DNA of 64,000 nucleotides from contig JAXHNL010000002.1 of NCBI GenBank assembly GCA_034520565.1, forward strand, positions 256,001 to 320,000. The letters run 5' to 3'. Both the position numbers and the translations under genes were made by a program. Origin of the DNA: Halodesulfurarchaeum sp. (GTDB taxonomy: Archaea > Halobacteriota > Halobacteria > Halobacteriales > Halobacteriaceae). Positions 29,287-39,500 of the stretch are shown here, piece by piece. Below the pieces are notes generated by a model. That model ran no database searches and had not been told where the DNA came from. It saw only the letters and a list, made by a program, of their open reading frames with translations. How positions within the stretch are numbered: position 1 is the stretch's first letter; each line of letters starts with the position of its first letter.

Positions 29287-30881
29287 ATGATCGGCGATCG
29301 GTGGCGATACGTGGGGCTTGGCCTCCTCCTCGGGACTCTCGTCTGGGTCGTCGACGCCGCACTCGACGCCACCGTGTTTCTCAACGGCGGGTTTCTCGAC
29401 TTCCTTCTCTTTGACGTCCCGCCACACGAGCTGTATATCAGGTCGCTCATCCTCGTGGTGTTTGTGACGGCTGGTGCACTCTCTGGCACCCAGATCGAGC
29501 GGATCCAGGAGCGAAACCGAGAACTCGCACTGTTTCGAACCCTCCTCGATGAGGCCAACGACGCGGTGTTCGTCATCGACCCCGAGACCGGCCAGTTCGT
29601 CGACGCGAACGAAACTGCCGCGACGCGTTTGGGATACGAGCCCGAGGAATTCCTCGAAATGGGCGTCTGGGACATCGATCCGGCCTACGAGAATCGAGAG
29701 GAGTACCGCGAGTACCTCCAAGCCCGAGAAGAACCGCGCTCTCGGATCGAGACCGTCCACGAGCGGGCCGACGGCAGCACGGTTCCCGTGGAGATCAGCG
29801 CCGAAACCGTCTCGATCGAGGGCGAACAGTACCGGATCGCCATCTGTCGGGACGTCTCCGGGGTGAAAGAGCGGGAACGGGAGCGGGAGGAGGCCCTCGA
29901 AACCTACCGGGGCTCTTCGACGGTATCAACGACGCCGTCTTCGTCCACGACATGGACGGCCAGTTCCTCGCCGTCAATGACGCCGCCGTCGACCGCCTCG
30001 GGTACGACGAGGAAACGCTTCTCTGGATGGACGTCAGCGAGATCGATTCGCCGATGGAAGCGGGCAAATTCGTGGGGCGCGTGGCACGCCTCGAGGAGTC
30101 GGGGTCGGTCACCTTCGAAACGAGCCACGTCCCCGAAGACGGCACGGAAATTCCGGTCGAGGTGACTGCCAGTCTGGTCGAGTACTTCGGCCAGCCGGCC
30201 GTCCTGAACGTGGCACGGGACATCGCCGATCGAAAGACCCACGAGCGGGCCCTCGAGCACGAAAACGAGCGCTTAGAGGAGTTCGCGAGCATCGTCTCAC
30301 ACGACCTCCGGAACCCGCTCACCGTCGCTGAGGGACGGATCGAACTCGCCCGGGAGACGAGCGAGGACGAACACCTCGCGACCGCCGCGGAGGCACTCGA
30401 ACGCAGCCAGCGGCTGATCGAGGACGTCCTCGAGCTCGCCCGCGAGGGCGAGCCGATCGGCGATCTCGAGCCCGTCGAAGTGGGGGCGATTGAGGAAACC
30501 GCCTGGGGACACGTGGCCAAAAACGGCGGAAACCTCGTCGTCGAGGCCGACGGAACGATCGTCGCCGACGCGAGTCGGCTCCAGCAACTTTTCGAGAACC
30601 TGCTCAGGAACGCCGTCGAGCACACGGACGGAGCCGTCACCGTGACGGTCGGAGACCTCAAGAACGGGTTTTACGTCGTGGACGACGGGCCGGGCATTCC
30701 CGAAGCCGACCGCGAATCGATCTTCGACGTGGGATTTTCGACCGGCGAGGGGAGTACCGGACTGGGACTGAACATCGTCTCCCAGATCGCGAATGCGCAC
30801 GGCTGGGAGATCGTCGTGACCGACAGCGAGACGGGTGGCACCCGATTCAAGTTCACCGGGATCGAACGGCCCGAGGCCTGA
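29287..30881 (+). pseudogene. Membrane-bound PAS-PAS histidine kinase with a single-base deletion frameshift at about 29910 (pseudogene or sequencing error)
   Basis: Frame 1: 2 TM + PAS up to ETYR; the next frame continues LFDGINDAVFVHDMDG (PAS) to VSHDLRNPL and DDGPGIP; one extra G in the G-run at 29909-29912 joins them. Confidence 0.85.
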
Positions 30882-30997
30882 CCCGTCGGGTCTCGAACCG
30901 GCCGGCGTGCCGACTCGCCGTCGTCCCGTGACTCGGCACCCGGAGGGGAGATCGACCGTTCGGAAAGGTTCACCTCGCGGGCCGACGTAGGGGAACT

Positions 30998-31393
30998 ATG
31001 GTGCCCAACCGGCAGATCGACGCCGTGGCCGTCGGCCTCGCGGCGATTCCGCTCCTCGCTGCGTTTCTCGTCTGGGCCGACCTGCCCCCGGAGATGGCGA
31101 TCCACTGGGGCCCCGGCGGACCCGACACGTTCGTCGCCAAGCCACTCGCCACGGTCGGTCTCTTTGCGTTCGGTATCGCCACGATCGCTTTTGTCAGACT
31201 CGCGCCGAATTCGCTCACCAGCACGCCGGGTGGCACGAATCCCACCGTGCTCTTTCTCGGGTTCGTGTTCGCCTGGGTCGAGGGAATGGTGGTCGTCTGG
31301 AACCTCGGGGTGCACTTCCCGGTCGAACTCGCCGTCGTGCCGATTCTGGTCTTTGCCGGAGTGCTGGTGGCCTATTCGTACTGGTGGCAGTGA
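30998..31393 (+). CDS. DUF1648-family membrane protein
   Basis: WADLPPEMAIHWGPGGPD motif; 4 TM helices. Confidence 0.8.
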   Translation: MVPNRQIDAVAVGLAAIPLLAAFLVWADLPPEMAIHWGPGGPDTFVAKPLATVGLFAFGIATIAFVRLAPNSLTSTPGGTNPTVLFLGFVFAWVEGMVVVWNLGVHFPVELAVVPILVFAGVLVAYSYWWQ

Positions 31394-31445
31394 CTCCGAC
31401 CACGCGAACGACACGTAGATACGTTCCCCACCCCCAGCCACCCGC

Positions 31446-32957
31446 ATGGAGGTGGCGCTCGTCATCCTCGACGGGTGGGGACTCGGCGACCACGACCGGC
31501 TGAACGCGGTCGAGGCCGCAGCGACTCCCACGTTCGACCGGTACTGGGAAACGGGCGCCACGGGAACCCTCCGGACCGACGGCCCGACTGTCGGGCTGCC
31601 GGAGGGACGCATGGGAAACAGCGAAGTGGGCCATCTCACCATCGGAGCCGGAGGGCCGCTCGATCAACCCGCCCTGCGGATCGATCGCCAGATCGAGGCC
31701 GGGGATTTCTGTGACAATGACGCCCTCGAGGCCGCCTTCGACGCCGCCGCGGAGCGGGGTGGACGGGTCCACCTGCTCGGTCTGGTAAGCGACGCCGGGG
31801 TTCACGCCCATCAGGAGCACGTCCACACGCTGATCGAGTGTGCCGCCGAACGGGGGCTCGAAGCCGTCACTCACGCGTTCACGGACGGCCGGGATACGGA
31901 CCCGACCGCGGGTCGAGAGTTCGTCGCGGAGCTCGAGTCGGCTGTCGAGCGATTCGGGACGGGCACCGTGGCGACTGTCTCGGGACGGTACTACGGGATG
32001 GACCGGGACGGCAACTGGGGGCGGACCCGACAGGTCTACGACGCCATCGTCAACCGCGAGGCGTCCCATCGCGCCGAATCGGCAGTCACCGCCGTCGAGG
32101 AATCGTACGACCGGGGAGACACGGACGAGTTCGTCGAACCGACGGTCATCGACGGTGGCCCGGCACTTGAAGACGGGGATAGCGTCGTCTTCGCTAACTT
32201 CCGTGCCGACCGGGCCCGACAACTCACCCGAATGCTCGCCGACATCGATCCCGTCTGGCCGGGATCGACGAACCCGCCGAACGTCGCCCTCGCGACGATG
32301 ACCGAATACGACCGGACCTTCGACGTGCCGGTCCTCGTCGAACCGAACGAGCCGACGGTCACGCTCGGAGCGGTCCTGGAACGAGCGGGACGAACACAGC
32401 TTCGAATCGCCGAATCCGAGAAGTACCCCCACGTGACCTACTTCCTCAACGGCGGGCGAGAGATCGAGTTCGAGGGCGAGATCCGGGAGATCGTGGCCAG
32501 CCCGGACGTGCCGACCTACGACGAACAACCCGAGATGAGTGCCCCAGCGGTCACCGACGTCGCTATCGAGCTCGTCGCGGACCGGGACCCCGACGTGCTG
32601 GTGCTCAATTACGCCAACCCGGATATGGTCGGGCACACGGGAGACTACGAGGGCGCGATCGAGGCGGTCGAAACTGTCGATGCCGAACTTGGTCGGCTGG
32701 GAGCGGCCATTCAGGACGCCGGTGGCCACCTGCTCGTAACCGCCGATCACGGAAACGCAGAGGACATGGGCACTGCGAAGCACCCGCACACGGCCCACAC
32801 GTTCAACCCAGTCCCGTTCGTCTCGCTTGCCCCGAACGGAGAACCCGGGCTGATTCGTGAGAATGGAACCCTCGCGGACATCACGCCGACGATGCTCTCG
32901 CTTCTGGGAATCGAGAAACCCGAGGCGATGACGGGTCGGTCGCTTCTGGGGGACTAA
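31446..32957 (+). CDS. gpmI: 2,3-bisphosphoglycerate-independent phosphoglycerate mutase
   Basis: ILDGWG, MGNSEVGH, TDGRDT, GRYYGMDRD, ESEKYPHVT, NPDMVGHTG, TADHGN. Confidence 0.97.
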   Translation: MEVALVILDGWGLGDHDRLNAVEAAATPTFDRYWETGATGTLRTDGPTVGLPEGRMGNSEVGHLTIGAGGPLDQPALRIDRQIEAGDFCDNDALEAAFDAAAERGGRVHLLGLVSDAGVHAHQEHVHTLIECAAERGLEAVTHAFTDGRDTDPTAGREFVAELESAVERFGTGTVATVSGRYYGMDRDGNWGRTRQVYDAIVNREASHRAESAVTAVEESYDRGDTDEFVEPTVIDGGPALEDGDSVVFANFRADRARQLTRMLADIDPVWPGSTNPPNVALATMTEYDRTFDVPVLVEPNEPTVTLGAVLERAGRTQLRIAESEKYPHVTYFLNGGREIEFEGEIREIVASPDVPTYDEQPEMSAPAVTDVAIELVADRDPDVLVLNYANPDMVGHTGDYEGAIEAVETVDAELGRLGAAIQDAGGHLLVTADHGNAEDMGTAKHPHTAHTFNPVPFVSLAPNGEPGLIRENGTLADITPTMLSLLGIEKPEAMTGRSLLGD

Positions 32958-34111
32958 CCCAGACGGTCGTATTCGATCGACCCGTCGACGACAGTCAACT
33001 CGACGGCCAGATCGGCAACCGGCGTCTCCCACGGCGAAGCAGAGAGGACGACGAAATCAGCCGGAGCACCCACGTCGAGGGTCCCGATACTGGATCCGGC
33101 TGGGGACCGCATCCCAGTGCCCCCGGTCGCAGCCCGCAGGGCCGCCGTTACTCCGAGTCGTGTGTCCGGGCTGGCTCCGAGTGAGCGTTCGACGTCCCGA
33201 AGCGGCGCCGGACGGCTGCCATCGCTCCCGAACGCGACGGGAACCCCAGCGGCCACGAGCGGGCCGAACTGCAGGTCACGGGTTGTGTCCCCGCCGTTTT
33301 CTGCTGTCTCTTGCTCATCCGACTCACCCATCGGACCGGGACGGCCAACGACCGTGGCCCCGAGGTCGGCGAGTGCCTGAACGTGTTCCTCGGACGGTCC
33401 GCCATCGAGCCAGAGCCGGGACTGATTGGCATCATCGCCGTCAAGCGCGGAGAGAAGGCGTTCCAGCGCCGGTGCATCCGCTGCCGTCGCACTGACGCGG
33501 AAACCCGTCTCGGTCGCCCGCTCGACGAAATCCTGCACGGCCGTCGTGGGCCGGTCGCTGGCGTCGATCCCCAGCGAGTCGATTGCCAGTCGGTCATTCC
33601 CGACGCCCGAGACGAGTCCGAGCGTTCGCACAGCCTCGAGGGGCGTCGGTCGTTCCGTCGACACCGCGTTCTCGCGGTAGCTCAGACGGCCCCGAATCGG
33701 CAGTTCGTCCGCCAGCGCGAGTTCGTAATAGGCCCTGGCGGTTTCGGGATGACGAACCTCGTCGAATACCGTTGTAATGCCCGCATCGAGCAACGCGTCG
33801 AAGGCGGCGGTCAGGTTCGATCGGGCGTGTTCGACGCCGGTCGGTTCGGTTCCCGACCCGTCCTCGGACCCCCGGAGACGCTGCCCGAGCCGGAAGAGGT
33901 CGGCGTGGCCGTCGACGAACCCGGGGAGGACGGTGCGACCGTCCAGGTCGACGCGTCGGGTCTCGATGCCCTCCAGAAACTCGACCTCGTAGGTGTCCGC
34001 GATGCGGCAGACGGTGCCATCCCGAACGGCGAGCGCTTCCTCGGTCCGATCCTCGCCGGGGTCGACGTGAACCTCGCCATCGACGAAAATCGTGTCGGCG
34101 GGTGCAGCCAT
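32954..34111 (-). CDS. Amidohydrolase-3 (YtcJ-like) family protein, shortened and with degenerate metal ligands
   Basis: EALAVRDG...DLDGRTVLPGFVDGH, AFGSD, GTLDVGAPADFVVL; expected His ligands missing. Confidence 0.75.
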   Translation of the reverse strand: MAAPADTIFVDGEVHVDPGEDRTEEALAVRDGTVCRIADTYEVEFLEGIETRRVDLDGRTVLPGFVDGHADLFRLGQRLRGSEDGSGTEPTGVEHARSNLTAAFDALLDAGITTVFDEVRHPETARAYYELALADELPIRGRLSYRENAVSTERPTPLEAVRTLGLVSGVGNDRLAIDSLGIDASDRPTTAVQDFVERATETGFRVSATAADAPALERLLSALDGDDANQSRLWLDGGPSEEHVQALADLGATVVGRPGPMGESDEQETAENGGDTTRDLQFGPLVAAGVPVAFGSDGSRPAPLRDVERSLGASPDTRLGVTAALRAATGGTGMRSPAGSSIGTLDVGAPADFVVLSASPWETPVADLAVELTVVDGSIEYDRLG

Positions 34112-34190
34112 ACCTCACCGGACGGCCCGGAGGCCAAAACGGTTGGCCCTCTCCGCCTCGAAGAGCCGCCAATTGACGGGTCGACCGAAC

Positions 34191-34706
34191 TCAGAGCCGG
34201 CGGTACCCCGAGGGACCTTGGACGATCGTACCCTCGCGAGCGAGCTTCTCGAGGACGGTTCGGACCGCCTCGGCCGGCACGCCCCACTCGCTCGCGTACT
34301 CGACGACCTGCCCCTCGGTCGGTTCCTCGAGGGCGTCGATCGCGTCGAGGATTCGATCGCGACGGCGGTTCGAGCCGCCGGAATTCCGTTCACCCGCCGC
34401 CGCGATCGCTTCCGGATCGATTCCGTGTTCGGCGAGGTACTCCTCGTCGTCGACGCCCGCAGAGTCGAGTTCCGCTTCCATCGCGGCGATCGAGTCCAGC
34501 TTTTCGTAGGCCGCTTCGCGGCCCTGGGCCGAGGCGAGCATCGCCGCCCGGACCTCCCGGGCCTCCTCCCGGTCCTCGGTCCTGACGAACTGCTTGAGGC
34601 GATCGAATTCGTGCCGGGTCCGACATCGGGGGCAACTGGTCGTCTCGGGGCGTCCGTCGACGATCCAGAGAGCCTGGCAGTTCGAACAGCCCACCACCGC
34701 GTACAT
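34191..34706 (-). CDS. Zinc-ribbon + HTH protein (DUF5817-like)
   Basis: MYAVVGCSNC...CPRC and a C-terminal wHTH-like segment. Confidence 0.8.
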   Translation of the reverse strand: MYAVVGCSNCQALWIVDGRPETTSCPRCRTRHEFDRLKQFVRTEDREEAREVRAAMLASAQGREAAYEKLDSIAAMEAELDSAGVDDEEYLAEHGIDPEAIAAAGERNSGGSNRRRDRILDAIDALEEPTEGQVVEYASEWGVPAEAVRTVLEKLAREGTIVQGPSGYRRL

Positions 34707-34773
34707 GCACGAAGGTGGTCCCTCCTCGTAGTTAAACCTCGAGGTGGGAGAAGTGGCGAGGCTGACGAGGTGC

Positions 34774-36081
34774 TCAGTGCTCCCCGAGTCGGTCGAGGAA
34801 AGTGTCGAAGGCCCCGCTTTCCGGGTGGACGTGTGCGTACGTTCCCACCGTATCGTATTCGGTCAATCCATCGCGGCCGTCAGCCAGTCCGTCGCCGCGC
34901 ACCATCGAAAAGGCCAGTTTCGCGTCGGTGTCGAGTGCCGCCGTCGAATAGTGGAACTCGTGGCCACGGAGCCGATCGCCCGGGTCGGCAGTGACCGTCC
35001 GCCGGTCGGCCGAAAGTTCGACGTGATCGAGTGCCTGGTACCGGTCGGCCATTTCGATGTCGGCCGGAAGCACGCCGGCCATCTCGTAGCGCTCGCCCGC
35101 GGTAGTTTCGAGGGATTCCGAGAGGGCCATGAGGCCGCCACACTCGCCGAAGACTGGAATGCCCGACTCGGCCCGGGAACGGATTTCGTCGAGGGAAGAC
35201 CTGGCCTCGAGTTCGGCCGCGAACCGTTCCGGATACCCGCCCGGAAGATAGATCCCGTCGCAGTCGGGAACGGGATCGCCGGCCACGGGCGAAAACGTCT
35301 CGACTGTCGCGCCAGCGCGCAACCGCTCCATCGTCGCCGGGTAGACGAAGGAAAACGCCGAGTCGCGGGCAACCGCGACACACGCGCCTGAATCAGGTGG
35401 CTCCGTGTCGGCGGGCGCTGCAACCGGCTCCCGGGCGACATCGAGCAGTCGGTCGGTCCGGACGTGTGTCGCTGCATCCTGCAATGTATCGCGTGGGAGC
35501 GGCGCCTCTTCGCCCATGTGCAACCCGAGATGGCGGTCGGGAACCTCGAGATCGGGGTCCGGTGGCACCCGACCGAAATAGGTGAAATGCCCCGGTAGCG
35601 CTTCCCGAATTCCCTGCTCGTGACGCCCGCCGTGGGCCCGCTGGGCGAGGATTCCGGCCACGTCGATGTCTCGACCCGCCTGCTCGGCGTAGCGCTCGAA
35701 CCCGAGTGCCGTCGCGGCTACGCTCTCCATACCCGCCTTGGCGTCGACGACGAGCACCACCGACAGATCGAGAGTCTCGGCGACCATGGCGGTGCTCGAC
35801 GCGTCGCCGTCATAGAGGCCCATCACCCCTTCGACGACGGCAATATCCCCACTACCGCGGGCGTAATTCCGCCGGAGGCCGTACGGCCCCTGCATCCAGA
35901 CGTCGAGGGTCCGGGATGGCCGCCCGGCGACCTCGCGGTGATGGCTGGGGTCGATGAAATCCGGGCCGGCTTTGGCCGGCTGGACCGACTGGCCCACCTC
36001 CTGGAGAGCCGTCATGACGACCAGCGAGGCAACCGTCTTCCCCACGCCTGAGGCAGTGCCGGCGAGGACAAACCCCTTCAT
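34774..36081 (-). CDS. cbiA: Cobyrinate a,c-diamide synthase
   Basis: GTASGVGKT, KAGPDFIDP, EGVMGLYDG, LPGGYPE, GECGG, GHEFHYS. Confidence 0.95.
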   Translation of the reverse strand: MKGFVLAGTASGVGKTVASLVVMTALQEVGQSVQPAKAGPDFIDPSHHREVAGRPSRTLDVWMQGPYGLRRNYARGSGDIAVVEGVMGLYDGDASSTAMVAETLDLSVVLVVDAKAGMESVAATALGFERYAEQAGRDIDVAGILAQRAHGGRHEQGIREALPGHFTYFGRVPPDPDLEVPDRHLGLHMGEEAPLPRDTLQDAATHVRTDRLLDVAREPVAAPADTEPPDSGACVAVARDSAFSFVYPATMERLRAGATVETFSPVAGDPVPDCDGIYLPGGYPERFAAELEARSSLDEIRSRAESGIPVFGECGGLMALSESLETTAGERYEMAGVLPADIEMADRYQALDHVELSADRRTVTADPGDRLRGHEFHYSTAALDTDAKLAFSMVRGDGLADGRDGLTEYDTVGTYAHVHPESGAFDTFLDRLGEH

Positions 36082-36683
36082 GGTCGATGCTCCTCCGCGA
36101 GACGCGTTGCCCGGTCCCAGTCGCCGTCCCCGAGTGCCGACCTGATTCGGTCGTCCTCGAGCACGTCCCAGAGGAACTCCCGGCGCTCGGCTTCCTCCAG
36201 GTCCGTCGCGTCGTCTCGCAGGTTGGCTTGCAATGGCACCATCGGATCGATGGCTTCGATTTCGGATGCGAGCCGGCGACGGAGGTACTTGCTCACCGCC
36301 GGACTGCTCCCCGCAGTCGAAACGCCGACGGTCACGTGCTCGCCGTCGATCACGCTCGGCGTGACCGTCTCCCCGGGTTCATCGACGGGATTGACCAGCG
36401 CACCAGCCGCTCGTGCTCGGTCGGCGATGGCCGCGTTCAGTTCGACATCGTCGGTCGCCGGGACGACGAGGAACGCGTCCGCGACGTGGGTCGCTGCTTC
36501 CTCGGGGTCGATTTCCGCCTCGATCGTCCGGCAGTCGATCTCGGCGAACCGGTCGTCGAACTCCCGCGAGACGACGACCACGTCCGCCTCGGACCCGAAG
36601 AGCGACGCCTTCCGGGCGGCGACTCTTCCACCGCCGAAAACGACGACCTCCTTCCCCTGAAAGTCGTGGAAGAGCGGAATCAT
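36078..36683 (-). CDS. sirC: Precorrin-2 dehydrogenase (SirC/Met8-like)
   Basis: MIPLF...VVVFGGGRVAARK, ATDD, VSTAGSSP. Confidence 0.9.
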   Translation of the reverse strand: MIPLFHDFQGKEVVVFGGGRVAARKASLFGSEADVVVVSREFDDRFAEIDCRTIEAEIDPEEAATHVADAFLVVPATDDVELNAAIADRARAAGALVNPVDEPGETVTPSVIDGEHVTVGVSTAGSSPAVSKYLRRRLASEIEAIDPMVPLQANLRDDATDLEEAERREFLWDVLEDDRIRSALGDGDWDRATRLAEEHRP

Positions 36684-37771
36684 GGTTCCCCGGACGGGCG
36701 GGCGCTGCCGTCGGCCCAGTTAATGTCCGGGACGCGATCGCGCATGGAGACCACCTCGCCGATGACCGTCGTCGCCGGGGGCTCGATCCCCGTCAAATTT
36801 GCCCGTTCGACGATCGTTCCGAGCGTGCCCGTGACCGTCTGTTGCTGGTCCCACGTGACCTTCTCGATCATCGCCGTCGGGACGTCCGCCGGGACCCCTC
36901 GGTCACGGAGTCGCGAGACGTAATCCGGGAGGCGCTTGACGCCCATGAGAACGATGAGGGTTTCGCCGCCCGCGACTCGCTCCGCGAGAGCGTCCCAATC
37001 GACGTGGCTCTCGGTCTTCCCGGCGGCCTCGTGGCCGGTGATGACGGTGAAGCTCGAGGAGATGTCCCGGTGGGTGACCGGAATCCCGGCCAGTTCCGGA
37101 GCCGCGACCACACTCGTGATTCCGGGGACCACTCGGAACGGCACGTCGTGGCCCGCGAGGTATTCGGCCTCCTCGCCGCCGCGACCGAAGACCACGGGAT
37201 CGCCCCCCTTCAGCCGAACCACCGATTCACCCTGCTCGGCGCGGGCGACCATCAGGTCGTGGATGTCCGCCTGGGTGGTCCGGGGTTCGGTCCGTTTGCC
37301 GACGTCGATACATTCGACCCCCGAAAGCGAGTGAATGATCGCCGCACTCGTCAGCGAGTCATAGAGCACCACGTCGGCAGTCCCCAGCAGCCGCCAGGCC
37401 CGGACCGTCAACAGCCCCGGATCACCCGGCCCGGCGCCCACGAGCGCGATCGACCCGGATCGTCCCGGCCACAGGTCCGCGGGGGTTTCTCCGGGCCCAG
37501 TCCGTGCGAGTCCCCCAACTGTCTTCGAGTGGCCCTCGCCCGCGGCGACTTGCCCGTTCAGGCGCGTCATCGCCCGGCCCACCGGGGGCTCGGGCGTGTC
37601 CCCGCTGATCGTGCCCGCCGGAACGGTCGCGGACTCCACCGGCGGTTTTTCCCCGGCGCTCGCCGCGTCGCCCGACACAGGGGTTCTCCCGCCCTTCGAA
37701 TCAGCCGACGGCGGGCCACGTTCGTGCCTGGTTCCGTCCCGTGACTGTTCCATCCTTCCCTCATGCTCCAC
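36680..37771 (-). CDS. cobA: Uroporphyrinogen-III C-methyltransferase (start uncertain; conserved core begins near 37455)
   Basis: LVGAGPGDPGLLT, VVLYDSL, RLKGGDPVVFGRGGEE, VPGITS, TGHE. Confidence 0.9.
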   Translation of the reverse strand: MEHEGRMEQSRDGTRHERGPPSADSKGGRTPVSGDAASAGEKPPVESATVPAGTISGDTPEPPVGRAMTRLNGQVAAGEGHSKTVGGLARTGPGETPADLWPGRSGSIALVGAGPGDPGLLTVRAWRLLGTADVVLYDSLTSAAIIHSLSGVECIDVGKRTEPRTTQADIHDLMVARAEQGESVVRLKGGDPVVFGRGGEEAEYLAGHDVPFRVVPGITSVVAAPELAGIPVTHRDISSSFTVITGHEAAGKTESHVDWDALAERVAGGETLIVLMGVKRLPDYVSRLRDRGVPADVPTAMIEKVTWDQQQTVTGTLGTIVERANLTGIEPPATTVIGEVVSMRDRVPDINWADGSARPSGEP

Positions 37772-37780
37772 GGCCGTCCC

Positions 37781-37820
37781 TATTAAATCTAATTTTGTTT
37801 ATCGCAATCATAATTGTTTT
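37781..37820. promoter_or_regulatory. AT-rich divergent promoter region between cobA and cbiM
   Basis: TATTAAATCTAATTTTGTTTATCGCAATCATAATTGTTTT in a GC-rich background. Confidence 0.6.
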
Positions 37821-37850
37821 CATGGGGGGCCGAGAAGGCTCAGCCAACTC

Positions 37851-38513
37851 ATGCACATCGCGGAGGGGTTCTTGCCCCCGGTCTGGGCGGCGATCTGGAC
37901 CGTCGTCGCGCTCCCGTTCGTGGCGTACGGAACCTACCGGGTGGCCAAATTCGCCCGGGCCGAGCCGGAACGGATGGCGATGCTGGCACTGGCCGGGGCG
38001 TTCATGTTCGTGCTCTCGGCGCTGAAGCTCCCCTCGGTCACCGGCAGCACGTCACATCCGACCGGGACCGGGATCGCCATCGTGCTGTTCGGCCCGGCTG
38101 TCACGGCCGTCCTGTCGGTCATCGTCCTGCTGTACCAGGCGCTGTTGCTCGCCCACGGCGGTCTCACCACCATGGGGGCAAACGTCGTCTCGATGGGGAT
38201 CGTCGGGCCGCTGATCGGGTGGCTCGGGTACCGGGTCGTCCGGGACCACTCGGGTGTCGTTACCGGGACGTTCGTGGCCACGGTCCTGGCGAACTGGACG
38301 ACCTACCTCGTCACGTCGGCTCAACTCGGCGCGGCGTTTCCGGCAGGCGGCGGCATCGAGGGGGTGCTCGCGGCGACCGGGAACTTCGCCGCCATCTTCG
38401 CCGTCACCCAACTCCCGATCGGCGTCGTCGAGGGAGTGATCGCCGCGGCGATGGTCAAACAGCTCGTCGCCGTCAAGCCGGCCGTGGAGGCGAAACTGGG
38501 TGTCGCGACATGA
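37851..38513 (+). CDS. cbiM: Cobalt ECF transporter S component
   Basis: N-terminal MHIAEGFLP, SHPTG, LLAHGGLTT. Confidence 0.95.
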   Translation: MHIAEGFLPPVWAAIWTVVALPFVAYGTYRVAKFARAEPERMAMLALAGAFMFVLSALKLPSVTGSTSHPTGTGIAIVLFGPAVTAVLSVIVLLYQALLLAHGGLTTMGANVVSMGIVGPLIGWLGYRVVRDHSGVVTGTFVATVLANWTTYLVTSAQLGAAFPAGGGIEGVLAATGNFAAIFAVTQLPIGVVEGVIAAAMVKQLVAVKPAVEAKLGVAT

Positions 38514-38773
38514 ACCGGCTCGGGATTCTCGCAGGCGTACTCGTGCTGGGGCTCCTGCTCGTGCCGATACTCGCTCCAGAACTGGGAGCCTGGGGCGGGG
38601 CCGACGGGGCCGGGATGGAGGCGATTTCCGATCACGATCCCGACTACGAGAGCTGGGTCGATCCGATCTGGACGCCCCCGTCCGGTGAGATCGAGTCCGT
38701 CCTCTTCAGCATCCAGGCAGCCATCGGCGGAGGAATTATCGGCTACTACCTGAACGCCACCCCACAGGACTGA
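38510..38773 (+). CDS. cbiN: Cobalt transport protein CbiN
   Basis: WGGAD...PPSGEIESVLFSIQAAIGGGIIGY; ATGA overlap with cbiM. Confidence 0.92.
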   Translation: MNRLGILAGVLVLGLLLVPILAPELGAWGGADGAGMEAISDHDPDYESWVDPIWTPPSGEIESVLFSIQAAIGGGIIGYYLNATPQD

Positions 38774-38774
38774 C

Positions 38775-39500
38775 ATGCACAAGACACTCGAGGGCGTCCA
38801 ACAGTCGGCCACGCCGGCGATCCGGGGACCAGTCCAGGTCTACTTGGTGCTCGCTGCCCTCGGGTTGACGATCACGGCACCCTCCCGGCTGGCACAGGCG
38901 ACGACCGCGGCCGTGTTTCTGGGACTCGCGATCGACGCCGTGGGGGTTCGGCCACTCCGGTGGCTCTCGCTGCCGGTGCTTTTTCTCGCGCCGGGGCTCG
39001 CGGTCATCCTCGTCACCGGCCCTGGAGCGCCGCTTTTCGCACTCGGACCGTTCACGGTGACCACGGGCGGCCTCGAGACGGCCCTCGACACGCTATTCAG
39101 GTCGGTTTCCTCGCTCGTCGTCCTCAGTTTCCTGATCGCCTCGACGCCGGTCTCGACGGTGGTCGCCACGCTCCGGCGGGCGGGCCTGCCCACAGTACTC
39201 GTGGAGCTGTTGCTCTACGTCTATCGGGGGATCGCCACCGTCTTCGCGGAGGCCGAACGGATGCGAACCGCCGCGAGGGCCCGGATCGGGTACGCGAACC
39301 GACGGGCCACGATCCGCACGACGAAGCTTCTGGCGTCGACCCTGTTCGTGCGGACGTTCGACCGGATGGGGACCATGGGCGAGGCGCTTTCGGCCCGGGG
39401 GTATTCGGGAACGCCACCCGCCGCTGCGACGGTCGAAAGCAGCGGCTACGGCCTCTCCATCGGTATCCTGGCACTCTTGGTGGGGGTGCGAGTGCTGTGA
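38775..39500 (+). CDS. cbiQ: Cobalt ECF transporter T component
   Basis: TM helices, STP, YVYR, ARG motifs. Confidence 0.9.
   Translation: MHKTLEGVQQSATPAIRGPVQVYLVLAALGLTITAPSRLAQATTAAVFLGLAIDAVGVRPLRWLSLPVLFLAPGLAVILVTGPGAPLFALGPFTVTTGGLETALDTLFRSVSSLVVLSFLIASTPVSTVVATLRRAGLPTVLVELLLYVYRGIATVFAEAERMRTAARARIGYANRRATIRTTKLLASTLFVRTFDRMGTMGEALSARGYSGTPPAAATVESSGYGLSIGILALLVGVRVL

Noticed and set aside
26568-30881. Integrated island or provirus at tRNA-Ile
   Set aside because: The tRNA 3' copy is only about 170 bp from the tRNA, so the kinases lie outside it; no integrase or distal att site was seen.
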